DNA of 54,419 nucleotides, filler included, from Sphacelaria rigidula (Eukaryota): NCBI GenBank assembly GCA_964200075.2. It is 5 parts of 5 records of this genome, joined end to end, with 100 filler letters (N's around TTAATTAATTAA, not from the genome) between each part and the next. Parts side by side here need not be neighbours in the genome. Positions count along the whole stretch, not along the records: positions 21,812 to 32,614 come from CAXNAA020005882.1; positions 32,715 to 43,517 come from CAXNAA020005883.1; 3 more parts are not named here. One strand, written 5' to 3'. Below are positions 23,613 through 37,300 of the stretch, piece by piece. A model generated the notes under the pieces. The model was not told the DNA's origin and made no database searches. It saw nothing but the letters and a program-made list of their open reading frames with translations. Position 1 is the first letter of the stretch; each line of letters starts with the position of its first letter. The position numbers and the translations under genes are program-made.

Positions 23613-23973
23613 CGATATATCGCCATATTCCAACATGATCGACTAGTATATATATATATATTAACATACTGTATTGTCCAGGGCGTGAACTATTTTGTAG
23701 ATGGCCTCGAAGTTCTGCTACGAGTACTGCAGTATCAGACGGTAAGTGATGATGATGTCCAACGAAGTAGTTGTTAAATATATATCTTCTTCAATGGCAA
23801 CAGACTGGAACGAAAAAAGCATCATATATCAGCGATCAATTTTCACTCTCTGGTCTCATATGCGGTTCAAATCTGAAACCGGTAGTTATTGCATGCGCTA
23901 TTATAGCGCCCAGTCATCTAACAGAGGTGAGCGATGTCAATCAAGATCTGGACGCCCTGACAATGCGACATAC

Positions 23974-26900
23974 CTTCCACATGCACCCCCGTCCCCCACG
24001 AAGGTGTAGTCCCATATCTTGACGTTTTTTTCGGCTTTGCCGCAGGTCACCACCAGGCCCCCAGCACTCCCGGTATTTCGCGACAAAGCATCCGCCAGCT
24101 CGTGTGCAGGCGCAGCACTCACAGAGGACAGCATGTTTGGGATGTTGGTTACGACGGACATACTCGCCACGCCACCCGGATGCGCCCTGAATACCCCAGC
24201 AGACACCGCACGCGATCGACCTCCCCCTATTTGCATGCTGATGCGGCGATCCTGTCTGGATTTGGCGTTCTCTGAAGGGGCACGGTCATATTCGTGGTAA
24301 AACACCATGCGTCAGGGCAGCTACTGTCGGATTTCAGGAGAATTGGGAGCGTCATATTGCGTAGAAATCTTTCAGATATGGTGTCCGCTTTCTTCCTCCT
24401 CCTCCTCCTCCTCCTCCTCCTCCTCCTCCTCCTCCCCGTCTCTTCTCTTTTATCGTCATACTTTCAACCGTTCCCCTTCCTTTTTCTGAACGAATCAATA
24501 GCCCTCGAGGAATCGACCCATCTCTCCCGTGCCCCAGTACACGCCTTACATTTTGCTATCGCAGTAATGGATCAGCTCAGCACTCCCGCATCGCGTCGAC
24601 TCGCTCTTACCGGAATAGTTATCTTTGCTAGGTACGCCCTCACATGACAGAGGTAAGAAACTACGTATCACGAGGGGAAAGTAACGGTTGGGCGCTGCGT
24701 GCAAAATGATATGCATAAAACAAATGGTTTAGGTATCTTCATGACGCGCACCAACGACGGTTAGAGTTCAGGGGCGCCCACACAAGGAAGGTATCCGCGA
24801 CGCCACAGTCCGTTATCCTCCAGGGCCACCTGAACCCAAACTGCAGAATGGGTTGGGAATACGCAGAGGTCACCTTCGAAGGCCAAGCAGGAAACGTTCC
24901 ATACTCGAACAGTGCCGTCGCAGCCCCCACTAAGGAGATACACTCCATCCGCAATCATCGCCTCGATGGCATCCGTATGCCCCTGGCGAGTGTAGGTCAC
25001 AAACGAGTCGACTTGGGGTTTTCTGAGGGTGCATTGCATATTTACTTGCTGGCCTGCCCAGTCCCTGAATATCACGCTTCACAGCAGTGCTTACAGCAGG
25101 GGAAAAGAAAGACTACCACATGCAGAACGCGTAATATTTTTGCGTATGCTGGCAAGGGAACAACTGCTCGTTAAACACGAGCATACAGATTTTAGCAGGG
25201 ATTGGTCACAGTGTGCTAGAGCAACAGGACAGCCTGTGCCATAATAGAACAACAACACAACAACAGGGTAATACGCGGGATTTCACCCCCCTGACCCTCA
25301 CTCAACACCAGTGAAGCCTTCAATTTTTCAAACAGCGGGTTCGTATATGATCGCGTGATTTAGAGACCAAACAAGCCAGAACTAGAGCTGACTTTGGGTG
25401 TGCTATTGCCTCAGTCTCCTCCCCCGATAATGACCTTGTCCCGGAGGAATGCGATCGGCCGACATTCCTTGGTCGACGGGAGACGTCATCTATGGACAGG
25501 ATAGCTGGCAGCGGGACTTTTGACCATGAGCGACGTCACCCTATAGGAGGGGTGGGCTCGTTTACCTTTCAGAGATTTTTTGGCCTGGACGACCCATTCC
25601 GGAAAGTTATTGACGGCAGAGATAGCCCAAACGAACAATGAGTGTCCCAGTTCTGTCATCCGTCGAACACACAAGAACATGTAGAACATTGATTGCTTAG
25701 GCCGGCGACGTTTCTCTTTCCCTCTCTCCAGTACTTTTTTCTTACCCTGGGCGACGTCGTTCCCATGGTGATGCCGCCCGTTGACCAAGGGCTTTTTGGC
25801 CAAATTAGATGCCTCTGGTACAGCTCTTTTGTTTTGGCCGGTGAAAAAACTGCCGGCAAACTGCGGGCATCTTTCACTCATCTCGCGCTTCAATGTATAT
25901 GTGCATACTTTCTCCGTTATCACTCACATGCGCAGCGGCGCAAGTCTAAGAGAATAAGTCAGTCCAAACTGTATGCCTTGTGTCTCGATGTAAGATCCCG
26001 TCTTATCGAGACAAAAATAGTGAGGATATAATTGTGATTTCGAGCATGGATGTATGTGACTGTTCACAGTTTTTTATCCTTCTCATTGGTTGAGGGCTGC
26101 TGCTTTATGCTCAACGACCTTTCGGAGCAAGCTACAAAAATGATCATTTTATGATGATACAATTTTCGCACAGAGGAACAACTTGTTGAAAATGCAAGAT
26201 GCAGAATAAAAGGGATGCCGTGTGTGGGTTGTTCGGCTCATCATGGGGCCTGGACCACACACCAGAGGTGCACAGTTATCTGCTGGACGTGTGACGCACT
26301 GGTCCGTTCGTGTGTTGTCTGTGACGTTTTAAGAGACAACCAACTAGACTACTGACCCCGTCACATGTCACATCGAAAACGTTGTCATAGTCGAAAACAT
26401 AATTCCGTCGCTAAGAAATTCGGTCGATTTTTGTCGTGATTATGAGGTTGTGAAAGATCACAATCATTCGCGAAAGCACCTTTTTCCTCGACTTGTTTTG
26501 TCTCGACAAGACTCAGCTAACCTCCTCTTTAACCGTTTCTGAATGTTGGGAATAACAGGAGAGCACTGTGAACTACGGTAAAGCTCTAGAGTTGAACATC
26601 TATCGTTACACCCAACAACATTTCTTCTCACCTGCAGGCCCGCCAAGAAGGCGCAGCTGCCATCTCGGATGCGCCAACAACGCACTACGAGATCGTTTCC
26701 GGCGCTCGCCAGCAACGGCGTTTCCGCAGGCACGAAGGCGAGGCACAGAATTTCGCAATCGGAGCCGTCAACTGCTCCGTGCGCATGTTCGACGATAGTG
26801 TCCACTTTCGGAACCTGTTCAATATATATATATATATATATGTGTGTGTTTGCGGTTGAAAAAAGCAAAAAGGTCGGAGATGCCATGATCGGCCATGCTT

Positions 26901-29900
26901 TGCTTCATTTTAACTTAAGGCACTCACTAGCTATACTCCCATGTCGAGTTTTTTTTGGGGGGGTTACGCTCGCGCTAGGAAGTGTGGACGTTTCTAGGAA
27001 GTAGTGTTGTCATTCGGGATATGTCGACGATCGACATTGCGGTCATGAGGAGTGAGGTTTAGTGAATCGGGTGGTGAATGTTGTTGGTAGCATCTGCCAG
27101 ACGATTTGGACAAGAGAACTTTCAACGAGGGACCCTTCCAGTATCACTGGCCTCGTGCTCGACAAGCCCTTTCTACCAATCTGTTATTATCTCGGGGTGA
27201 TCCTCAACAGATCACGAGCCAGACAGCGAGGGGCCACACGAGAAGGGGACATCGGTCCAGGATCCCCTTTCCCCTGCCACTGCTCCAATCATGCATGCGA
27301 TTATGCTGAAACCTACGGCTTGGGATCATTTGGCTACATGTTACAGGTATAGGCGCAAAACGGCACTCGTTTTCAACTGTCGAGCTCCAAAAGCGAGAGG
27401 AGCTGGATCTGTGTATAATTGCGATATTATGAGTGACGCGCCGAGTAATCAATCTCGTTACGACCCGCTCTGCTACGTAGTTTTTTCCATCTTCGCTAGA
27501 GATCTGGTGGTATTACAGCGCAGGAGGCACAAACCCAAAGCCCAAACACGACTACACAAGTGTGCAAATAGTGCTCCGAAAAAATATCTGCATACGCTAC
27601 GAAGGACAAGACGGAAAAGCAGTGCATTCCGGCGATCTTTCGAAGCCGGTTTCGAAGATCACCGCAAAGAAGTATGATTGTTCTCGCCCGCAGACTCTCT
27701 CACCCTGTTGTCGCTGACGCCGTCTTTGGCGTGTGCGGTCCACACCGCGATTGTCCCGCCGAAGCCCGCGCTGGCGAAAAGTAAAGATCCGCGACTATCC
27801 CAACAAGAGGCAAGGGCGCTAACGGTGTTTTCGTGGGCCTTGAATGCTTCACTTGCGCCGGTGTCTAGCCGCCAGAACCGTACGTTGCCGTTGTCAATTC
27901 CTGGAAGAAGACATTGTATTCAAGCGTACGCGTTGGTCAGAACAAGGTACATGCGGGCCTCACGTTCGGTAGTGGGGACATCCTCGGGTACAATGGATGA
28001 GTACGCTCTTCGGAGCGGGAAGCACGTCGAAGTTGGGAGAACTTGCTCCAAGAGAATGAAGGACGTGGTATCCCGCCGCGGAAGCCATACCATGCGTGCT
28101 GTTGAGTGTCGAATGTGATCGCAACTCAGACTCTCGGACATGCCTGTATGTTGCCGAATCGATGTACGCGAACGATCCCGATACTTTCTACGATAGCCCC
28201 CCCCCGAAAACGTGCCTGGTTTTGGGAGGCAAAATCTTCACGTGAATCAAAGTGGGAAAAGCCGAGCACAACGAGCAGCTGGGAATTCTCATGCTTGGGT
28301 TTGTTCTCGCCAATGCCGCCCATATGAGGCGCTTCATGCAGCCTGAGACCAGACATCAGGTGCTGTTTGACCATTTTTGTCGTGACACTTCTGGGCTGGT
28401 TTTGGAGGGGGGCTATCGTAGAAACTTTCTCCCAACGTCTACTTGTCTCCACAACCTTCATGGTTATGCCGAGGCTGGGTACTGGCGAGTACCCCCTCCC
28501 CCCCCGCGCTCTACCCCCGATATGCATGTCACACCCCCGTTCACACCTATATATTTATACAGGGTATGACTTTTAGTCGCCAACCTTGACCTTACCCGTG
28601 GCCATGACGGATCCACCGGGCAGCACCAGCATGCTCGTCACCTCCTCGTGGATAGGATGCCGCATGCGGTACTTTTCACTCATGCCGCGCGTCTCCCACG
28701 CCCTAACCGTTCCGTCCACACACGCCGACAGTACGACTAGTCCGAACACCTCCTCCTCCCCCTCCTCTTCTTGCTCTTGTCGACCTCGACTATCGTTTTG
28801 GCTCCCGCCGCCGCTCGGAGTGAGGGGTGTTGCGTGTCTCGCATCCCCGCCTAGACGAGAAGTGCTGCGTGAGTGGGCCTCCTTCTCCGCGTGTGCACTG
28901 CCCTTGTTGTTCGACTCCGGCGAGGGGGTAACGGCCTTGTCTTGATCAACTTTCGTAGCTGCATGGAGATCATAGGCAGCAGCGGCAGCGGCGCCCGCTT
29001 GAAAGGTTGGGTCGATGGCAGCAGCGGCAGCGGCCCGTCGGTCTGACGATTTCGCCCCTTCGAAGCCCATGCCCACTATGGTATCGTCGTGACGGCCGAG
29101 GACGGAATAGCCGTCTACTTTCACCTGACGCACGGTTCCCAACGGAAATGTTTTCAAAAACGCGCAAGATTTCGTTCACGTAGTTTACTCTGTACGTGGG
29201 ATTGATGGGTTGTGTAATCGATTACGCACATCAAGTCGTTCCCAAGGGATTCAGGCGCAATCACGAGATAACACATATGTGCCAAATGTACCGAACGTGA
29301 ACCAATCAGAACCACTCGCTTAAGGAAACTCGAGAAGAGGGGGGGGGGGGGCATACTCATTTATTGCTTGCCTCAGTCGTGTGACCATTGATCACGCATC
29401 CCTTTCGTGACGGAGCAAGAGGGGGGGGGGGGAAACACAAACAAAATGGCTAGGGGAAGAAGGACGAGTAAAACAAACAGAGTGAAGTATCTCAACAGAA
29501 ACGAGAGACATGAACGTGAAAGACAAGACCTGTGTTTTACTACAGTGATTTGACAAGGTCGAACAAGGTCCCGGCTCATCTGAGGCGGAGAAAGAAAGAG
29601 GTACGTGAATCTGATCGACGCCTGGTTGAACCGGCTGCACTGCGGGTGCCATTCCCGCTTCTGTGAACACGTAACAACACTGGCTGCTACACGGAACCAC
29701 TCATGCTAGGCCAGGAGGAACCAACACAGACGGTACCTTTGACACCAATCGCTACGGTCTCACAAAAGCGCAAAGTAATTCTGATGACAGAAAAGCCCAC
29801 CCTAAGACGACCTGATGGTCCAGTCGATGTTCGCGGCGGAGCACACCCACTGTATCCGGACTGCAGAGCTATTGTATGCAATATTCCAGCTCGATCCCGG

Positions 29901-31822
29901 AAAACACATAATTTCTACAGCCTTTGACTCAGATAACTAACTATCCTTCGTACAACCGTTGCGGTCGTCGTAAAAAAACGGGAAATATACTCAGGTTGCT
30001 CACGTCACACTGCTCGCACGCACGACAGTCACCACAACGTAAAGGCCGAGTGCTAGAGCCCAGCTAGACATTTGGCGATGGCTGGCGGAAAGAAATTCCT
30101 CACTTACCATTTTCCATCGGAAGAAGCAAGCCTCGGCCGGAGACATGGCGTACAGTGCACCCTCAGCCTTTGAAGAATGGAAGCCAAGCAATGCGGGCGA
30201 GCCGGGACCCCGGCGGGGCCCGGTGGCCGGGATAGCCTTGGCCACCTTTTTTCGCAGCAGTAGCTGCGTGATGTTTTGACGAATAAAATGCAACATGGCG
30301 TGATATACCATCAGAAAAAGACAAACACTGAAAACAGCCTTCGGAAATTCACGCGAGTGACGAGCAAAATGATATATATATATATATATACACACACATA
30401 AGTCTGACACCGTAAGTTTGCGGAGAGCGGAAACATGCACGAATGAAAGATCCGCACTCGAAATCACAAGGATCTGTAGTGACAGTTATAGGGTTCAAGG
30501 CCTGGTAGTGAGCACACGTCTTTCTTCTCGCCAGGTTAGCCGTGACGAGTGAAGGGACCCGTTGAGACCCATGGCAAACGCTCGCCCCAGCCTCGTCCCA
30601 AGCACCGTGCGGACCGTGCTCGATGAGCTTGACTGTTCAATTTCCGACGGACTCCGAAGTACTGTAGTGAGTCAGCTCCTTATAATTAGCGAAATAAAAA
30701 CTCTCGGAAAAAGTGTCTGTTTCATCCTTCTGCATTGGTTCGCACGCGACGAATGGTTCTGGCGGATTCTGACACCTCGGTAAAACTTGCTGCATATACT
30801 CTTTGAGACGGTTCCGGGACGTCCTTGCGTTATCCAGTGGCCGCAGGGAACTCTCTGGCCAAACTAGTAATTTCTTCGACGAACGGTTATATATATATAT
30901 ATATATTTACATCAGTTGTTTTTTTGGGGGGGAGCTCCTCCCCAGCAATCTGACGATTTTTGGTGATGAATGCGGAAAATCCCCGATTCGTTCCGAGGTC
31001 AAAAACTGCGTGCACCGGAAAACGCGGTGTCGAAATCGTCTCGGATAGGAGAGAAAATCATTCCGAGGTGGCAATAGAGCAAATCATTCCCAGTTTTCAG
31101 GATCTGTCTGGCCCTCTTCTCCGGGCGTAAGATGTGGCGGCGGAGTCAACAAGACATCTCCATCCACGTGTGTCTCTTTTCGAATAGTAAGAGGCGGCCT
31201 GCTGTATCCCTTGTTGCACAGGAAAATTTGTTCATTCATAGGCAGCTACAGAGTCATGCCACGGCAAGGGGGAGGATGTGTCCTTCCACGAATGAAGAAG
31301 GGCTCGTAGGTACGTCAGGCGGCCTAACACACTCGCGGTGCGCTGGTATTTGGGTAAAAACGGTGGCAAGCAGTATGAATGAGCGTTATTGAGCGTTATT
31401 TATCGGTAACAAGGGCGTTCGAACAACTGCTGCTGTTTTTGACGGCGATTTGAGGTGGAATTTCGCGGAGGAAACGGCCGATAATACCCCCCCGCGCGCC
31501 CCATGTGGTGCTCCGTCTCGAAAGGGATGCGTGGTCAATGGTCAAACAACTAAGGCAAGCAACAAATGAGTACGCCCCTCCCCCCCCCCCCCCCCCGCGC
31601 CCCATCGTAGAATGATTCTACAGGCTTCCGTTAGCTGCTAATTGCCGCTACCCATATTCGCCGTGGTACTGCGCCTGCCGCACTCACAGATTCAGTGTAC
31701 GTATTCCACACTTGTACAACACCCGAGGCATTGGCAAGCACCAGCTGCTCGTGCGCGAGATCCCAAGCCACCGACGTGAAGGGGGAGTGATCGTCGCTCT
31801 TGAGTGTCATGAACGTACTACC
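23974..31822 (-). CDS. WD40-repeat protein, seven internal exons (5' end beyond contig, 3' end unresolved)
   Basis: Phase-consistent GT-AG exons: 31822-31688, 30263-30108, 29124-28596, 27900-27704, 26814-26632, 24982-24874, 24271-23974. WD motifs include SACVDGTVRAWE, AHENTVSAL..ASAGFGGTIAVW, LLASAGNDLVVRCW, GHTDAIEAM..LLSGGCDGTVRVWN and NVKIWD. Confidence 0.88.
24394..24434. repeat. (TCC)n microsatellite (intronic)
   Basis: About 13 TCC units. Confidence 0.95.
28184..28425. mobile_element. ~240-bp MITE, copy 2 (in WD40 intron)
   Basis: TIRs ctttctacgatagcccccc ... ggggggctatcgtagaaac, preceded by TA. Homologous to 11705-11944. Confidence 0.85.
29339..29416 (-). mobile_element. Poly(C)-tailed short retroposon copy (subfamily 1)
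   Basis: G14 followed by catactcatttattgcttgcctcagtcg...gacggagc. aaga plus a G-run is duplicated on both sides. Confidence 0.82.
31505..31596 (+). mobile_element. Poly(C)-tailed short retroposon copy (subfamily 1)
   Basis: gtggtgctccgtctcgaaaggg...aaatgagtacg followed by a C-run. Flanked by cccccccgcgcgccccat / ccccccgcgccccat. Confidence 0.85.
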
Positions 31823-32138
31823 CTGAAGAAACAAAACCGAAAGTCGGTAGCGACAGACAAAAAAAAAAGCAAAAAATATTTTGAAGCGCACATGAGGCAG
31901 CTGTTACGTAAACAGATAAAACGCAGCTTGCCGATGGTTCGGCAGGGATTCAAGTGAATTGCAGGCCTCTCAAGGGGTTGTCTGTAGAGATATATCGCTG
32001 TGCCAGAATTTCTCCTTTTGACGTAGGTCAGTAACCGCGACAGCTGCTCTCATCCTTCTGTGTATGCTATTTTGCGGCGCCTTATACTCGTGCAAAAACC
32101 TTGTCAGACACACGCGTGAATGTTCCACGCGCGGGATG

Positions 32139-32535
32139 AGGGGGGAGGTGTACTCATGATCTTGCATGCCATAGTCATAGGACAACTGACCTCGCATCTC
32201 GACAAAGCCGGGACGGAGCACGCCGGGTCTTTGCCGGACCAGGCTCGCAATCAATCATCAAGAGCGAAGCGCCGTGACATGTTCGGCGAGTCGCATGAAG
32301 GGTGAGCTGCATGCTGCCAAGATTGTTCGGCCTGAAGCGGATTGATTATTTTACATACGGATGACAACCTCCAATGAATTTCTTCATTTTCTGGTATCGC
32401 CACTTCCAGAGACAGCCACGGGTTCCACACTACCTCATGGGTGTCTCACCATATAGACACTACGTGGTACGATCGTCCTCTTTGCGTGGAGTTGAGGTTC
32501 TCCACCCCGCAAAATGTGATCTAGCTCGATCGCAA
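32139..32535 (-). mobile_element. Poly(C)-tailed retroposon copy (subfamily 2, ~400 bp)
   Basis: G-rich run followed by tgtactcatgatcttgcatgcc...gacggagcacgccggg... Homologous to 37830-38149 and 41487-41885, and shares its terminal ~70 bp with subfamily 1. Confidence 0.82.
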
Positions 32536-32614
32536 TGATGCGAGGGTCGGACAAATAATGATTGGTCTAAAAATTACTTGGTTTTGGTATGATGAGTCGA
32601 CTCGTGACGAATCA

Positions 32615-32714
32615 NNNNNNNNNNNNNNNNNNNNNNNNNNNNNNNNNNNNNNNNNNNNTTAATTAATTAANNNNNNNNNNNNNNNNNNNNNNNNNNNNNN
32701 NNNNNNNNNNNNNN
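32615..32714. other. Artificial contig linker
   Basis: N44-TTAATTAATTAA-N44. Confidence 0.98.
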
Positions 32715-33054
32715 CCCACACACAACGTAGTACCCTCTACTCTGTACACTTTCGCACTTGAATACAGTTTGGTATTTCGTTTGATGAGACCTTGTCGGAT
32801 CGCAGTGCTATATGTATTTGAAGAGGCGCGCTGATTTGCCGATTCCCAGGATGAGTCATAGTAGGCACAACTCGCGATACATCGTGAGATGAAACGGGCT
32901 GAAGGAAGGTGAGCTTCTTGGGCGGCCCAGCGTGTAATACACAGAAAGCGGCGACTTGCCACTACTGAAGTTCAGCTAGACACTTGTGTGAACATGAAAC
33001 ACGTTATGCATTTCCACGCGCGGCCTGGTGGTTCTTGAAACTTGTGACGTGCAG

Positions 33055-33222
33055 GATCCCCTGGAGGCGACGACGGGACTGGTGCCCTTGCTGGGTATCG
33101 ACGTGTGGGAGCACGCCTACTACTTGCAGTACAAGAACGTCAGGCCTGACTACGTCAAGAGTATATTCAGTGTTGTCAACTGGGCGGACGTGCAAGAGAG
33201 GCTCACGGCCGCCATGAGCTGA
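33055..33222 (+). CDS. SOD2: Fe/Mn superoxide dismutase (Mn-SOD type), last exon
   Basis: Acceptor gtgcag| followed by [46 protein letters not shown]...TGA. Contains the DVWEHAYY signature. Confidence 0.93.
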   Translation, partial: DPLEATTGLVPLLGIDVWEHAYYLQYKNVRPDYVKSIFSVVNWADVQERLTAAMS

Positions 33223-34358
33223 ACGGCTCGGCGGAGATGCAAAAAAAAAGCACGCGGGGAAGAACCCAAAGAAGAAGCAGCAGCGTACTAAGAATGTTTT
33301 GAGGAGGGAGCTTGAGGAACGTCGATAGCGGTTGCCGCCCTACTGTACGATGCTGAGCCGACTACAAAACTTGCTAGCCATTCATTCCCGAAATGTCCTT
33401 GTCTTTTTGGTCCGTTTGTGTTGTAGCCTCTCCAACGCACACTCCTTATGTTGGGTAAGCGGTGCGTGCGTTGTTTTGAATGCCCATGCGTGTTTTACTC
33501 GCCTGTATTGGACCAAACTGTGCTGGGAAGAAGGAGCACGGGCAGGACCGTCTGTGTCGAGGAAATGTCGTTGGCAAGTTTGTCCACACTTGCCGAGCTT
33601 TGCGCGACGCCTTGCAATATCTAACTGGGCGAAAGTCCGGAGTTTAGATCCCGTTTTCAAATTGATGTACGGGATGACGGGCCTTGGTGTGACCTGATCA
33701 CCGGTACCGTGCCCTCCCTCACGTAAAATCATTTCGGCAGAGGTCGGAAGTACATGCCTCATCCATTTATTACCAACGTCTGGAACCCAGCCAACAGTAT
33801 TGAGGGGAAGAGCCACTCGAGTCTCTCAATCGGGAAAAAACAAAAACGAGCATGAAATAAGATCAATACGAAGTAAAAAGAAAAACAAACCCCATCGAAT
33901 GACACCGACCACAAAGCACGCGATTTTTTTCAAAGAGATCAGAGATATTACCCTTTGAAGATAGCACGCGTCGTGCAGATCATGATCCGTCTGAAAATTA
34001 CTTACTTTCAGTGTACTGATCCGCATCATTTGGTCCTCCGTTTTCATGTTTGCCGAGTAGCGCGGAGATTGATGGTTGTACTTCGGATTTTCAGACACCA
34101 CGGTCACATATCTCGTGTTTTTGAACCAACGCATCCCAGTGTCTTCTCTGATCAGCTATTTCAGATGGATCATGATCTGTCCCACGTGTGAGAAAGTGGG
34201 AACGACACATTCTGTCGCGGTCCCGTACTCCACAAATGCTGAAGGGTGCTACGCTCAGGGTTGAAGTGAACTAAAACATTCCCCAGATATTGGAGGGTTC
34301 CATCGACCCAGGTCTTCCCGTCATCCCCCTCCCCCCCTCTCCTGCTGCTTAGTGGCGG

Positions 34359-37300
34359 CTACTGTGGTGGTGGCGGCGGTAGTGAAGACAACGATATTCG
34401 CTGCCTTCTCTTCACCAACCGCGACGTCTTCCGTTCTCTCGGCATGAAGAACTGTCTTGTTTGCATTGCCCCGATTTTCTTCAGCTCCTCAGCGGTGGCC
34501 TTGGCCTCCGCCTTGCTCAGGCCTGCCAGCGTCGCGGACATCAGTATATGCCTATCGATAACGGTGCACCTCTGAATGGTTTCGTGAGGGCGAGAGATTC
34601 AGGGAGAATCACCGACCATGCATCCATCGGCGCCCGTTCAAACGTTTTTTCCGTGCAAGCGGTGGAGGGGAGGGGCAGGGGTCGGATACAGTAATGGAGG
34701 TGTGGTCAGATCTGCATGCAAATCTTAGACATCAGTTTCACCCCCCTCGAGGCGAAAGATAATCAGTAAGAGAGCGATGAAACAGATGGGCAGAGTTGAA
34801 AAAATTGCCGGAACGTGTCAGCTACTTTTCGGTAATACATCGACATTGGTCAGCTCAACTCTAGCAAGTACTTGGACGCAAATCATGTGGCTCAACCTAC
34901 GAGGGGGGCACGGACGGTACCCGCCTAGTCAGACGGGCGGAATCGGTGAGAACAATAGAAGGCTCTAGTAGACAGCAATGCTGTCAACGCGCACGCAGTT
35001 GGTGTCACAAAAAAAAACGCAATATTGCAAACTGTTTTCAATCCCTTGGGTGCAAGACCCCCTCAGATGGACCCAATGCGGATCAGTGGAGGGAAAATGG
35101 AGAAACATGGATGACATGAATCAGGGTCTGATCACCATGAGACACCCGGCATGATTTCGTCAGGGGTGCTGAGTGGTTGCGAACAGAGGGGAGCGAGTTG
35201 CTGAGCTGCAGCGACCGGCGTTCAGGTTTAGCCGATGATGTTGTCCTAGAAGGAGGCCTGGTGCCCAAAGGCGTGAACGGAGGAAAGTTCAGCATCGTGC
35301 ACGCGCGTTCCACGACCTCTAATCTTCAAAACGACTGCTAGGCCTTCGCCCGCTAGACTCCGAAAAAAAAGTGAAAAATCATGTACATGAAACACGTTTT
35401 TGGTGTGTTTTCTTCGGGCCGAGAGTACACGCTCCCGAAGAAAGTTTTGGTTTCAAGAATGGCGTTACGGAGCTAGCTCGCCAACAGAGAAAGCAGCAGC
35501 AGCAGCGTCTTTTTTCCATCAAACGAACCTCACGATCAATAAAAATAATGAGGTTAGATCTTGTTTTTCCAGCTGTTTCAAACTGCACGGTGAAGGTCCA
35601 GAATCCGCATAAAGCTGCACGAACTAAATCGTACTCGCATGTACAGCACACCCACCTTGCAGAACGTGGCGGCTCGTTTCTTTCCCTCGGAGCGACGCAT
35701 GTTGTTGGGAACTTGCCAGAAGACATGACCACGTTTACAGCGCCACTTATACTGTGTCGTGTGTGTATGTGGTGTTCCGTACATCAAACACGATCGAATG
35801 GGAAAACACAGCAATATTACAAAGGGAAACGCACGAGAGAACTGTAGAGTGAGCGAAAAAAAAGCGGAGCAACGACGCTACTTGTTCAGTGTGACGAAGA
35901 CATCTCAACAGCAAGATGAAAAAAATTGAAGAGGAGGAATTACAGTATCAAAAACACGGAACAATAAATGTTGACCAGCGATCCCTGGACAAGAAGCCGC
36001 GACAACAGCACACACACCAGGGTATTTCATTTTCCTTTTTTCGTCAGTCTTCTCTGTTTGTCTCATCTTTCTGTTTTTTTTTCATTTTTCTTCAGCGACT
36101 GTTTTCATTTTGTTTCATCTCGGGTAGGTCTATCATGTGTATAATTAACTCGGGGATCAGTGGCAGCAGTGCGACAATCGATCAATCGATCAATCAACTA
36201 GACCGCGGCAAGATTCGTTTCGGTCCCATCCTTGGCAGGACGCCTGCCTTTTTTCTTGATTCAATTATTGATTGTCGCACTTCAACTGCCTCCCTCAGGG
36301 ATCCAGTAGTGGCCACATGAAAGACGTATCCAAGGCAAACTACCTGTGGTGTCGAAAACTATTCAAACAGAAAATCTCTCATCATAGGCTTCGTATGGGA
36401 GACCTCCTTTATCCGTAAACCTAAAGGGTTCTGTTTCCGAGACGCTTGATAATGACATATTTCGCAAAAGAGATGAATATATTTTTCCTCGCACGCGACA
36501 CCAAAACAGCCATGTTGTCGCTGGTTGAAAAATGGATGGATGGACAGCCCGCGAGTATCTCTGTCGATCCATGAGTGCCTGGCTAGTGCTGTGAGTTGTG
36601 ATTCCGACGATCGGTTAAAAAAATCTCAAGAGAATACCGGTGAGGGTTCTGCCTGGCTATTATCCATTTCTTCGCTCTATTGTAGAACTTCGTACGCTGC
36701 AGTCAACACGCACGGCAGGCTATGAGCTCGCGGCCCAAAACGTACGGGAATTTGCTGTGTGACCAAGTGACCCGAATGAGAGGCTGTGCACCCGAATACT
36801 CTACAGCAGACATGGATGGGAAAACGGCCCCAATACGCGTCAGTTCGAATCCTTGAAAGTCAGCACACGGTCAATGTTTCTGGAAAAATCAAGTTTCGGG
36901 ACAAGGATCACATCAATCATACTCTTGAGGGGAACGGAGGGGGACGTAGGGGGGGGGGGGGGGGGGGCAATCTGCATGAAGACCACAGATATGGCTTACC
37001 TCACGGACCGAGCGTCTTCGTAATATCGAGTACAGAACAGCTTTGCCATCGCTTAGTAGATAGAGTACACGACATAGTCGTTAACAAGTTGCCACAACAT
37101 CAGTAAATTTACCAAGCACTGCGATATGCCTAGGTGTCAAACACGCTTTCAAACCTCAGGGTCATGTGATAACGACGAATCTGTATCGATCAGAGCGCGT
37201 GTGGGGGGGGGGAGGGGGACGGGGGATCCCATTAATGATTGAATGAGATGACGACTGTGGAAGCATCTTCGGTCTTCAAATTTCTACTCGTATCCGCAGT

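Noticed and set aside
31970-32254. Recurrent peptide MIASLVRQRPGVLRPGFV..DHEY (also in ORFs at 37397 and 41321) as a gene family
   Set aside because: It recurs only because the retroposon DNA recurs. Upstream frames contain stops and I recognise no domain.
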